From assembly GCA_039794005.1 (NCBI GenBank), contig JBAMMA010000017.1, positions 92,837-156,836 of the forward strand: DNA of 64,000 nucleotides, read 5' to 3'. Under the pieces are notes generated by a model, which was not told where the DNA came from, searched no databases, and worked only from the letters and a program-made list of their open reading frames with translations. Made by a program: the position numbers and the translations under genes. Shown one piece after another: positions 43,987 through 53,479 of the stretch. The stretch's first letter is position 1; every line of letters begins with the position of its first letter. Source of the stretch: Thermoplasmata archaeon. Its GTDB lineage: Archaea > Thermoplasmatota > Thermoplasmata > Thermoplasmatales > ARK-15.

Positions 43987-44645
43987 AGGCTATTGTTTTT
44001 CTAATATCTTTTATATTATTGCAGGGAGTATTTGAAAATTCACATTATGTTACGATATATTCCAATAATATAAAAATAGAAATAAACAAAAAAAGCCCAA
44101 TTTTAAATATTTTTGATGGAAATGATATATTTAAGGTAATTTTAAAGGCCTTCAGCAATAATGAGAGTTTTATAGATCCTTTTAATGATTCCTTTAATTC
44201 ATATTTTTATGAAAATGATTTTTATGAAATAATAATGAATGAATCAAAAGAAAATAACTTTGTTAAAATAGATTATAGAATAAATAAAAATTTGAATGAT
44301 ATTTTAATAAATTTTAACATTAGAACTAAAGATAAATATTCTGACGTTATATTATATATATTTCACAACATAAATAATACTCATAATAATTTAATTTATT
44401 ATTCCAAAGGATCCGTTATTATAAAAAAGATTGGAAATGAAAATATTGTTGAAAATAAAAATTCAACATATGCATATGAAAATTTGACTTCTCAAAATGG
44501 TTCGATATCAGGAATATTTGTTTTAAGTATATTTTCATCCCAAGTGATTTTACTTTATCCAATAATTTATTTTATTTTTGGCATTATATTGGGCACATTT
44601 TTAATATTAATCCTTATATTTATTTGGAAAAAGGTTAAATATTAA
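43983..44645 (+). CDS. hypothetical secreted, C-terminally anchored protein
   Basis: ATGA overlap with the upstream gene, MKAIVFLISF signal, C-terminal TM followed by KKVK. Confidence 0.7.
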   Translation: MKAIVFLISFILLQGVFENSHYVTIYSNNIKIEINKKSPILNIFDGNDIFKVILKAFSNNESFIDPFNDSFNSYFYENDFYEIIMNESKENNFVKIDYRINKNLNDILINFNIRTKDKYSDVILYIFHNINNTHNNLIYYSKGSVIIKKIGNENIVENKNSTYAYENLTSQNGSISGIFVLSIFSSQVILLYPIIYFIFGIILGTFLILILIFIWKKVKY

Positions 44646-44669
44646 TTTCATATTTGAGAAATGATATCT

Positions 44670-44819
44670 ATGACATTCCAGGAAGCAGTAAATAGAAAAT
44701 TAAACAAATTGATATGCATGAAATGTTATGCTAAAAATCCAATAGGGGCAAAAAGATGCAGGAGATGTGGATACAAGGGACTTAGACCTAAAAATAAGGA
44801 AAGAAAAGGAAATAAATGA
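44670..44819 (+). CDS. rpl40e: 50S ribosomal protein L40e (absent from the ORF track)
   Basis: Manual translation [49 protein letters not shown]. Confidence 0.95.
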   Translation: MTFQEAVNRKLNKLICMKCYAKNPIGAKRCRRCGYKGLRPKNKERKGNK

Positions 44820-44820
44820 T

Positions 44821-45993
44821 TTAAATTTCTAATTTTTCCAATGATTTTAAGACATTTTCCCTGATATTATCAACATCTGGTATATCTTTTACGACATTGC
44901 CATTTTCAATGTATTTTTCCAATACATTTTTCATTTCTCTTCCACAATACTTACATTTTGGTGGTTTATCACCGTGTGGCACAACTGCATAATTTACGCA
45001 ATTTTCACAATAATAAACATCTTTTCTTCCAGAAAACTTCCCTCTCTTTGTAATAGGTTTTTTGTCAATTTCAACTATATCTAATGCATAATCTATTGTT
45101 GATGCTGATGAAATTGAAGTACCAATTCCAAAACCGTCCGCCCCGGCTTCAATCAAGTCTTTAATCTCTTCCTCTTTTATTCCTCCTGAAACAATAATTT
45201 GCACTTTATCGAAACCCCTTATCTTTAATTCCCACTTAACTTCCCTTATTAAATATGAAAAATCACCTTTTCTGGAAGAAGGGGTGTCAAGCCTAACTCC
45301 GGAAAGGTGTTTTATGAGTTCTGCAGCTTTTATTGCCGAGAATTTTTCATCACAAAATGTATCGATCAATGCAATTCTAGGTATAGATGGATCTAAATCC
45401 TCATCAAACTTTTTCCACGCATCTTCTTCACCTATTAAAAGAATAAGTGCGTGGGGCATCGTTCCTCTCGGTGTCTTATTCAATCTTTCAGCCCCTATTA
45501 CACTCGATACATAATCACAGCCTCCAATGTAAGAATATCTATCTATCATCGGTGCAAGAGCAGGGTGCATTCTTCTTACTCCAAAAGACATTAAAGTTTT
45601 ATTTCCGATCAACTTTTTGAACCTTGCAGATTTTGTCGAAATTCCACTTGCTTGACATATAATGCCAAGTAATGGAGTTTCAAATTCTGCAAAATCTACA
45701 TAATTTCCTTCGATCATCATAATAGGAACTGGTATTCCATTTTGGTCAAAAGGTTTGAATATAAATCCTTCTGGAATAGAATAAAGATTTATTTTTTTAC
45801 CTTTCAATAATTCCAATACCTCTTCCAAACCTGAAAATACTATCCATGGATATTTATTGTCATGTGTTGTTATTTCCATCAATACATTCTTGTTTATTTT
45901 CTCCTTTTGCAATATCTCTTTTGTCCTTATAAAATAAATATCTGTCGTCTTTCCACTTTTAATTTCATCATCATTTGCTATATAGAACCTCAT
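44821..45993 (-). CDS. pncB: nicotinate phosphoribosyltransferase
   Basis: TTDIYF, SFGVRRMHP, GTMPHA, LIDTF, VRLDTPSSR, VSGG, FGIG. Confidence 0.93.
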   Translation of the reverse strand: MRFYIANDDEIKSGKTTDIYFIRTKEILQKEKINKNVLMEITTHDNKYPWIVFSGLEEVLELLKGKKINLYSIPEGFIFKPFDQNGIPVPIMMIEGNYVDFAEFETPLLGIICQASGISTKSARFKKLIGNKTLMSFGVRRMHPALAPMIDRYSYIGGCDYVSSVIGAERLNKTPRGTMPHALILLIGEEDAWKKFDEDLDPSIPRIALIDTFCDEKFSAIKAAELIKHLSGVRLDTPSSRKGDFSYLIREVKWELKIRGFDKVQIIVSGGIKEEEIKDLIEAGADGFGIGTSISSASTIDYALDIVEIDKKPITKRGKFSGRKDVYYCENCVNYAVVPHGDKPPKCKYCGREMKNVLEKYIENGNVVKDIPDVDNIRENVLKSLEKLEI

Positions 45994-46523
45994 TGTAATA
46001 CCCCCAAGTCTTTTAGCCTAATCAATTTTGTTCCATACATATTCATCATATATTTTAAGCCAAATTCTTTGTTTTTGGGCTTGATGGAATCCGTGCATTC
46101 TTCAACAACATATGTTTCAAATCCCGCAAAAAACGCATTTGAAACGGTGTGCAGAACGCATATATCTGTGCTTACACCAGCCACTATTAATTTTTGAATG
46201 TTCTTTTCCTTTAATATCCTTTCAAGCTCTGTATTGTAAAACGCACTGTATGTCCTCTTTTCTATAATGATATCATTCAATTCTGGTTTTAATTCATCAA
46301 TAATCTCTGATGCATAAGAACCTTTCATTGCATGTTTCCCCCATACCTTTAGTTCTGGGTCATTCTCTTCGTGTGAATCCTTTGCATATACTATTGTCCA
46401 ATTCATTTTTCTGCCATACTCAATAAGCTCCTTTACCTTTGGAACTATTTTTTTTACCCTTTCAGAACCAAATTTACCGTCCACAAACTCATGAATCATA
46501 TCAACAATTAATATTGCATACAT
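45990..46523 (-). CDS. pncA: nicotinamidase / isochorismatase family cysteine hydrolase
   Basis: IVDM, DSH, WGKHA, KRTYSAF, GVSTDICV; coupled to pncB. Confidence 0.85.
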   Translation of the reverse strand: MYAILIVDMIHEFVDGKFGSERVKKIVPKVKELIEYGRKMNWTIVYAKDSHEENDPELKVWGKHAMKGSYASEIIDELKPELNDIIIEKRTYSAFYNTELERILKEKNIQKLIVAGVSTDICVLHTVSNAFFAGFETYVVEECTDSIKPKNKEFGLKYMMNMYGTKLIRLKDLGVLQ

Positions 46524-46630
46524 ATGAAAGAATAATATCCATCAATTTAATAAGTTTATTTAAATGATAAAATATAATGTTAATTTTTATTTAAGAAAAA
46601 TTTAATTTTAGTTTTACCATATTAATTGTT

Positions 46631-48055
46631 ATGAAGGATGGGAGATATTTAATAATTCAAATATATGGTAAACATTCTAATGACAAATATAAGAAAATAA
46701 GATATGAAATTGAAGGAAAAAGTTATGAAAGTAGATTGAGCTCAGGTGCACTTTTACAACATTATGGAAATGCAGATCTTTTATATTTGATTCCCGAGAG
46801 CCTTTTTATAAATGATGTTAAAAATACAAATGAATTTGAAAATTTTATGAAAGAAAATTATAAGGAAGTATATAAAAATGCTATAATTAATCAATTGGAT
46901 ATGGAAAAAATAAACATAAACATAAATAAAATTTATTCAATTGGTTTTTATGACAACTCAGGAACTCAGGGAAATAAAAACACTCTCTCTGTTGAATTTA
47001 GGAATAATATAGATGGTATAAAATTAAAACTATTTAGAGATGTATTTAAAATAATAAATAATTATGATAATATTATAATAGATTTATCTACTGGTCTTAA
47101 TTATTATATACCAATAATAATTGATGTAATTAGGAATATTATAACTTATCAAAAACTCTCTCACTACATAGATACAAATAATTTTGATAAAAAGTATAAT
47201 GTTACTGTTGTACCACCAGTAGGGGATTCAAAAACAACAATACATTTTGAAACTATAGATGCAGTTGCATATTTTGATTTGATAGATGTAAAAAAATTTG
47301 AACTTTCTCCGTCTGACAGCACTAATACGGATATAATCATAAAAACGAGGAAGGAATTTGAAGACAATATAGATAGATTGAATAAAATAATGAATATAAC
47401 AAAGATAGGTTTAAATGCTCTAAAAAACAATACACCACTGGTCTTTTATGATCAAGATATTTTAGATATTGATGAAGATAAATTAAATATGAGTTCTAAC
47501 CAGATATTAGAAGATTATATTTTCAAAATAATAGATTATTTGACAGAATATAAAATTGAGATAAACAATAATCATATAATCGTATCGAGACCGAAAATTG
47601 ATGGTTTAAAGATAATGAAGTTTATAATGGGGATTGGAATATATGAGAGTATTAGAAAGATTAGATATGATATCCAAAAAGATTTTAAAAATGTGTGGAT
47701 AAATGAAAAAAACGCTGCAACAATCGAGGACATTGAAGCCAGGTTTACAAAAATTTATCAAAAATTAAATTATAATGTTAACATAAAATTTTTGGAAAGG
47801 GATTTAAAAGAAATAAAGTCATTAAAAATTGATGGTAGTTATAGATTAATTTCAGAGCTAAAATATGGAAATAATACAAACGACAATTCAGGTAATGATA
47901 TTAAAAACTCAGATATTAAAAGAAACTTTTTTGCCCATAGCGGATTTGAATATAAAATAACTCAAGTTAGAAAGGATAACGATAAAATTTTCATCATGTA
48001 TATAAAAAATGAAAAAAAGAATGAAATTAAAAGTTGGCTATTAAATCAATCTTGA
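46631..48055 (+). CDS. csx1: Csx1-like CARF-HEPN ribonuclease (type III CRISPR ancillary family)
   Basis: YEIEGKSYESRLSSGAL, LIPESL, IDLSTGLNYY (CARF DxTHGxN-like), N.PL and HEPN RNFFAHSG. Confidence 0.8.
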   Translation: MKDGRYLIIQIYGKHSNDKYKKIRYEIEGKSYESRLSSGALLQHYGNADLLYLIPESLFINDVKNTNEFENFMKENYKEVYKNAIINQLDMEKINININKIYSIGFYDNSGTQGNKNTLSVEFRNNIDGIKLKLFRDVFKIINNYDNIIIDLSTGLNYYIPIIIDVIRNIITYQKLSHYIDTNNFDKKYNVTVVPPVGDSKTTIHFETIDAVAYFDLIDVKKFELSPSDSTNTDIIIKTRKEFEDNIDRLNKIMNITKIGLNALKNNTPLVFYDQDILDIDEDKLNMSSNQILEDYIFKIIDYLTEYKIEINNNHIIVSRPKIDGLKIMKFIMGIGIYESIRKIRYDIQKDFKNVWINEKNAATIEDIEARFTKIYQKLNYNVNIKFLERDLKEIKSLKIDGSYRLISELKYGNNTNDNSGNDIKNSDIKRNFFAHSGFEYKITQVRKDNDKIFIMYIKNEKKNEIKSWLLNQS

Positions 48056-48242
48056 TTGTTTTAAAATTATTTACAAATTTTTTTACATTAATTATTAACG
48101 TTTATTGAGGTAAACAATAGAATAAATTTTTATACTAAAATTATTTTTCTCCACAGTAAGATATGGTGACCCATAATGGAAGAAGAGGCATACCGGTGTT
48201 CTGAATATTTTTTAGTATATATTATAAGGAGGTGTGGGGTGT

Positions 48243-49325
48243 ATGGTTTTACCTAGGGCTGTCATTCTTGCAGAGGGAGTCTATGGTAACTTAAATGGAA
48301 AAACTGCACATGGACTTGTAAGATTTTCCAAAAGATTTTCAATTGTAGCAGTCATAGATTCGGAATTTGAGGGTATGGATGCTGGAGAGGTTTTGGACGG
48401 AAAGTTTAGAAACATTCCAATAGTTGGATCCTTGAAGGATTCTTTAAAATTCGAACCTGAAGTGCTAATAATAGGTGCAGCAACTGATGGTGGATTTTTA
48501 CCTAAGAATTATAGACCCATAATAATTGAAGCTTTAAGGAATGGCCTAGATATTGTTTCAGGCCTACACGAATTCATAAGTGATGATGAAGAATTTTTAA
48601 AATTGGCAGAATTTTCCGGTTCCAAAATAATCGATGTAAGAAAAATGTATCTTAAAAAGCAGGAGTTCTTCACAGGAGAAATAGAGAATGTTCTTTCCAC
48701 AAAGGTTGCTGTTTTAGGAAGTGATAGTGCAATAGGAAAAAGGACGACTACAATAATGATAACAGAAAAGTTAAAAGAGTTAGGATATAATGCTGTATTC
48801 ATTGCGACGGGTCAGACTGGATGGATGCAAGGTGCCGAGTACTGCGCATTGATTGATGCAATGATTAATGACTTTGTAGCAGGAGGAATTGAGAGCGAGG
48901 TCGTCAGGGCATGGAAAGAAAAGAGACCGGATTTTATTTTAATTGAAGGACAGGGGGGTTTATTACATCCTGCATATCCGGGAGGTTTTGAAATAATTGC
49001 AGCTGCAAGACCAGAGGCTATAGTATTTCAACATTCACCAAAGAGAATTTATTATGATGGATTTGAGAAATATAGGATACCTGATCTTGATAAATTCATA
49101 CAGCTCATAGAAATACTATCAGGGAGAAAACCTATTGGAATTACATTAAACACAGAAAAAATAGAGGAATTCGAAATACCTTATTATATCAGTGAATATG
49201 AAGAAAAATATTCAATGCCTGTAGATGCGCCTTTGTATACAGGTGTAGAAAAGATTGCAAAAGAATTGATTAAACTTCATGAAAATAGGCTTGATAAAAG
49301 CATTGCAAGGAATGTGTTTCACTGA
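48243..49325 (+). CDS. DUF1611 family protein (DgcN-like P-loop protein)
   Basis: GKTAHGLVR, SGLHEF, DSAIGKRTT, TGQTGWMQG, EGQGGLLHP; SD AGGAGGTG. Confidence 0.88.
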   Translation: MVLPRAVILAEGVYGNLNGKTAHGLVRFSKRFSIVAVIDSEFEGMDAGEVLDGKFRNIPIVGSLKDSLKFEPEVLIIGAATDGGFLPKNYRPIIIEALRNGLDIVSGLHEFISDDEEFLKLAEFSGSKIIDVRKMYLKKQEFFTGEIENVLSTKVAVLGSDSAIGKRTTTIMITEKLKELGYNAVFIATGQTGWMQGAEYCALIDAMINDFVAGGIESEVVRAWKEKRPDFILIEGQGGLLHPAYPGGFEIIAAARPEAIVFQHSPKRIYYDGFEKYRIPDLDKFIQLIEILSGRKPIGITLNTEKIEEFEIPYYISEYEEKYSMPVDAPLYTGVEKIAKELIKLHENRLDKSIARNVFH

Positions 49326-49327
49326 TC

Positions 49328-50767
49328 ATGGATCTTATAACATTTTCTGAAATTAAGATAAACAAGCCAGAGATTGAAAAAAACAAAATATCTACAGACA
49401 TAGTTTTAAACAACAAGGAATCATTTAAATTAAAATTTACATACCAAGAGAATATTGAAGATATTCCTGGGATTGAAAATTTAGCAAATATGTTAGTATC
49501 TTCACCTATAATTAACTATGGACTATTCACAGAAAAAATATATTTTGATTTTCCCCTTTCTAAGGAGGATATTGAATATATCAAGCATAACATGGACATT
49601 ATTTCTGCTGATATTTATGTTAACAGATTTTTGAGGGTAAACAATCCCTACATTATAGAAGGATATTTACCGAATAAAGATCATGTAAATATAGAAGATT
49701 CAAAAACGAAGGCAAAGATTGAGGTAGAATCCATAGAAGATTTTAAATTCCAAGTTAAAACGGACGATAAAAAGGTCGCAATACTGTCATCTGGTGGAAA
49801 AGAAAGCCTTTTAACATACGGTCTTTTGAATGAGATGGGATTCGAAACACATCCTATGTTCTTCAACGAGTCAGGAGGCCATTGGAAAACCGCTCTTCCA
49901 TCTTATAGATATTTCAGCAAAAATATTAAAAATACATCTAAAGTATGGTCAAATCTTGATAGGTTTTATTTGTTCATGCTTGACAACATGAAATTCATAA
50001 AGAAAAATCACAGAAGGATATGGAGTGATAACTATCCAATAAGGCTCTTTATCTTTGGGCCTTATATATTTGCATTTTTGCCATTGGTAATAAGAAGGGG
50101 AATTGGAAATATACTGCTTGGAAGCGAATATGATGATGTAAGAGCTGAAAAATATTATCATGGTATAAGGCATTATTATGGAATATACGATCAAAGTGCT
50201 GACTTTGATTATTACAATACTGATTATTTTAAATCAAAAAATTTGAATATAAGGCAGTGGAGTATAGTAAGGCCAATAACAGGACTTATCGTTGAAAGGA
50301 TTTTGATGAAAAGGTATAATTATTTGTATAAATTGCAAAGATCTTGCCATTCATGTCATTATGAAAATAATGATGTCTATCCATGTGGAAAATGCTCTAA
50401 ATGTCTAGGCATAATTTCATTCATATTGGCAAACGATGGTGATCCAAGGGATATAAATTATAAGGATGAACATATAGAAAATCTTGAAAACAATATTTCA
50501 AAGACAATATTAAAATTGGATCAGGATGAAAAGGAACATGTATTTTACATTCTATCTAAAAAAGGTTTTAAACTTGAAGGAAAAGAACATGATCACGTTG
50601 AAAAGATTCATATTGATGAATCATCACCATTGGATTTAATACCAGAGAATTTTAGGAGGGTATTTTTAATATACAAAGATTATGTAAAAGGTGTTGTAAA
50701 ATATGAAAATGGAGATTTTGTAGATTTTAATGATTTTTTTGATAAATTGATACAATTGAAGCAATGA
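49328..50767 (+). CDS. PP-loop ATP-pyrophosphatase family metal-binding protein (QueC/MurL-like)
   Basis: SSGGKESLL PP-loop and SCHSCH...PCGKCSKC zinc site. Confidence 0.75.
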   Translation: MDLITFSEIKINKPEIEKNKISTDIVLNNKESFKLKFTYQENIEDIPGIENLANMLVSSPIINYGLFTEKIYFDFPLSKEDIEYIKHNMDIISADIYVNRFLRVNNPYIIEGYLPNKDHVNIEDSKTKAKIEVESIEDFKFQVKTDDKKVAILSSGGKESLLTYGLLNEMGFETHPMFFNESGGHWKTALPSYRYFSKNIKNTSKVWSNLDRFYLFMLDNMKFIKKNHRRIWSDNYPIRLFIFGPYIFAFLPLVIRRGIGNILLGSEYDDVRAEKYYHGIRHYYGIYDQSADFDYYNTDYFKSKNLNIRQWSIVRPITGLIVERILMKRYNYLYKLQRSCHSCHYENNDVYPCGKCSKCLGIISFILANDGDPRDINYKDEHIENLENNISKTILKLDQDEKEHVFYILSKKGFKLEGKEHDHVEKIHIDESSPLDLIPENFRRVFLIYKDYVKGVVKYENGDFVDFNDFFDKLIQLKQ

Positions 50768-51569
50768 GAATTAAAATTGAGCCTATTATCATTAAAAAAT
50801 TGAATTTTTCATTTGTTATAAGATAAGAAAATATTGCACCAAAAATAGGTTCAAAAACAAAGATAAAAGAAGCTGTTTTAGCATCTAAATCTTTTTGCCC
50901 GAGGATTTGCAAAAATAATGCGAGAGCGGTCGCAAATATTGAGATATAAATTACTATGAAAATCAATTCCAAATTCAATTTCATTTGAATACCATATAAA
51001 GGTAACAATGCTGCCGTAAAAATAGTTACAAAAAATAACTGGTATGATGATAATACCATAATGTCTATTTCCTTAGAATATTTGTCTATTAAAACTACCT
51101 GAAATCCATACGATATGGCCGAAATTAATGTGAGTATATCTCCAAAATTTAATCCATATTCATACGCCTGTGAAAATATTAGTAAACCTATTATTGCCAA
51201 AATAAGGGAAAAAATATTTTTTGTCTTTAAATCCTCTTTTAAAAAAAAGTAAGCAAGTATTGGAGCAATAACTATGTATAAACTTGTAATAAATGTCGAA
51301 GAATCAGGGTCTGTATATTTCAGGCCTATTATTTGAAAAATATATCCAGAAGTTACAAATATTCCCAATATTAATCCCTTAAAAAATTCATTTTTTCCGG
51401 ATTTTGCAATACTTTTATAAGATATAGGAAAAAAAATGATCGATGCAATAATAAACCTTAAAAAATTAAAAAAGACTGGGTTTATATAATTTAATGATAA
51501 TTTCATTAAAGGGAATGTAGAACCCCATATTATTGTTGCAATTAAAATATAAATAGGGGATTTTTTCAT
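50727..51569 (-). CDS. DMT/EamA family transporter
   Basis: IWGSTF, RFIIA, GDILTL, FEPIF; about ten TM segments. Confidence 0.9.
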   Translation of the reverse strand: MKKSPIYILIATIIWGSTFPLMKLSLNYINPVFFNFLRFIIASIIFFPISYKSIAKSGKNEFFKGLILGIFVTSGYIFQIIGLKYTDPDSSTFITSLYIVIAPILAYFFLKEDLKTKNIFSLILAIIGLLIFSQAYEYGLNFGDILTLISAISYGFQVVLIDKYSKEIDIMVLSSYQLFFVTIFTAALLPLYGIQMKLNLELIFIVIYISIFATALALFLQILGQKDLDAKTASFIFVFEPIFGAIFSYLITNEKFNFLMIIGSILILIASIVSIYQKNH

Positions 51570-52312
51570 CAATTCACCTTTTCATATACATAATCTGCTA
51601 TTTCACCTATTTGTTCTGGTGTTAACTCTTCAACCCTATTTTCGCTGTAGGGAACATTTCCAATAATATTTTTTATCTTTTTTCTTCTCTGGGAGAAGAG
51701 TTTTTCTGTTATTTCAAAAAATAACTTTTCATCTTTAACTGAGAACTTTTTATTTGGAACAATTTTCACAATAGCTGAATCAACTTTTGGAATTGGATAG
51801 AATACTGTTCTTGGTACGTATCTTAGTATGCTTACGTCTGCATAATAATAGACATTAACGGTTAATCTTGAATAATTGTTTGATCCAGGCTTTGCTACAA
51901 GTCTCTGTGCGAATTCTTTCTGATACATTATAATTCCTAGCTTAAATTGATGTTTTAACAATTTAAATGTAATTGGTGATGATATGTTATATGGTATGTT
52001 AGATACGATCTTATCAAACCTTGAAAATTCTTCCTTTAAAGCATCACCCAGTATTAATTTCAATTTGCCATCGTTAATTTCACTGAAAAAATATGTTCTT
52101 AAATATTCATAGAATTCCTTTGACTTTTCAATGGCATACACTTTTGCCCCTGATGATAACAATTCTGAAGTTAAAATTCCCATACCGGGGCCAATTTCAA
52201 GAACCTCTTCATTTTCATTAATTTGAGCATATGAAACAATAATCTTCACTAAATTTTTATCCTTTAAAAGAACCTGACCATTCCTTTTCATTCTTATTCT
52301 TTCTGATATCAT
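51569..52312 (-). CDS. rsmA: 16S rRNA adenine dimethyltransferase
   Basis: GQVLL, LEIGPGMG, SNIPYNISS, QKEFAQRL, PKVDS. Confidence 0.95.
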   Translation of the reverse strand: MISERIRMKRNGQVLLKDKNLVKIIVSYAQINENEEVLEIGPGMGILTSELLSSGAKVYAIEKSKEFYEYLRTYFFSEINDGKLKLILGDALKEEFSRFDKIVSNIPYNISSPITFKLLKHQFKLGIIMYQKEFAQRLVAKPGSNNYSRLTVNVYYYADVSILRYVPRTVFYPIPKVDSAIVKIVPNKKFSVKDEKLFFEITEKLFSQRRKKIKNIIGNVPYSENRVEELTPEQIGEIADYVYEKVN

Positions 52313-52313
52313 T

Positions 52314-52862
52314 TTATTTTGCTACAAAGATCCTATATTTAATATTTCTGTCTTTTAACTCCTCTATTATCCTATTCACTATAAGTTTCTCAGGTGGATG
52401 TGGAAGCTTAACCCTGCTCTGTAGGTCTTGAAAACTCTTAAATTCACCCTTTTTCCTTTCTTCTATTATTGCCCACATGGTCTTTTTACCTAGGCCTGGT
52501 AACAATTCGAGCATGTGAAACCTCGTTGTTATTGGAGATGCCTTGTTGAAAAATTCTATGAATTTTTGTTCATGTTTTTTTACAATTTCCTCAAGAATAT
52601 AAGGCAGTTCATTTTGTGCTGCAACGGTCAAATCATCGTAAGTTATTCTTCTCCTTACACTTTCAATCTTTACCCTCTTTTCAATATCTTTCCCAATGTA
52701 GATCCTTTCACCTATAGATATCATCACATTTATCTTTGGGATAAGTTCAAAAAGTTTGAATTCAGATTCACCAATTGCTAATACCAATGGAGTTCTCTTA
52801 AAAGATTTTTCTTCCAACCTACCTTGAGGTAAATAATCTAAAACGTATGCGTATTCCTCCAT
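52314..52862 (-). CDS. DUF655 family putative RNA-binding protein
   Basis: YVLDYLPQG, HMLELLPGLGKK; canonical position after rpo4. Confidence 0.9.
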   Translation of the reverse strand: MEEYAYVLDYLPQGRLEEKSFKRTPLVLAIGESEFKLFELIPKINVMISIGERIYIGKDIEKRVKIESVRRRITYDDLTVAAQNELPYILEEIVKKHEQKFIEFFNKASPITTRFHMLELLPGLGKKTMWAIIEERKKGEFKSFQDLQSRVKLPHPPEKLIVNRIIEELKDRNIKYRIFVAK

Positions 52863-52868
52863 CCCCCT

Positions 52869-53183
52869 TCACTCCCCTCTGAGTATTTCCAAAATCTTGT
52901 TTATCTGTTCTTCAGTTAAATCTTTCTTTTCTCTATAAAAAATACTTCTTACTTGCTCTGAATTTATTGGCATTATATCAACTAATTTAACGGCCATTTT
53001 TTCATTTACAAAATCAAGCTTAGTCAACCTTTTTACCAGTTCTTTTGCTTCCTCGGGCTTTGTTTTACTCAATGTTTTAACATAATTTAAAACGTCTTTT
53101 TGAAATTCGTTAATCTCCCTTTCCTTTGCAATATTTTCTAAAATTTCTTTTGTTTCCGCTATTGTTAAATATTTTCTTTCCAT
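52869..53183 (-). CDS. rpo4: RNA polymerase subunit Rpo4 (F)
   Basis: YLTIAETKEIL, AVKLVDIMP; rpl21e-rpo4-DUF655-ksgA synteny. Confidence 0.9.
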   Translation of the reverse strand: MERKYLTIAETKEILENIAKEREINEFQKDVLNYVKTLSKTKPEEAKELVKRLTKLDFVNEKMAVKLVDIMPINSEQVRSIFYREKKDLTEEQINKILEILRGE

Positions 53184-53186
53184 GCC

Positions 53187-53477
53187 TCACACCTTCTTCA
53201 AATGTACAGGCATGGCTATTATCTTTTTCTTAACCCTATTTATATTTAATTCAACAATATATGCATCACCCTGCTTACCAGCAACAACGCCTACAAGACC
53301 CTGGAACCTATGGTGAGGCATTCCACTATGTATAGATGGCTCAATATCTATCGCCACCTTGTCACCTATTTCAAATTGCCTTAACATCCTTGTTATAGGT
53401 ACAATCCCCTTTTCTCTAACGGATTTCATTAATTTCCTACCAGATCTAGACCTTGGTCCTCTCGACATTTCTGCCAT
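53187..53477 (-). CDS. rpl21e: 50S ribosomal protein L21e
   Basis: GDKVAIDIEPS, GMPHHRFQG, PVHL. Confidence 0.96.
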   Translation of the reverse strand: MAEMSRGPRSRSGRKLMKSVREKGIVPITRMLRQFEIGDKVAIDIEPSIHSGMPHHRFQGLVGVVAGKQGDAYIVELNINRVKKKIIAMPVHLKKV

Positions 53478-53479
53478 TT

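Noticed and set aside
46524-48242. CRISPR array or leader next to csx1
   Set aside because: No regularly spaced 24-40-nt repeats are visible in either flank or in the other intergenic regions
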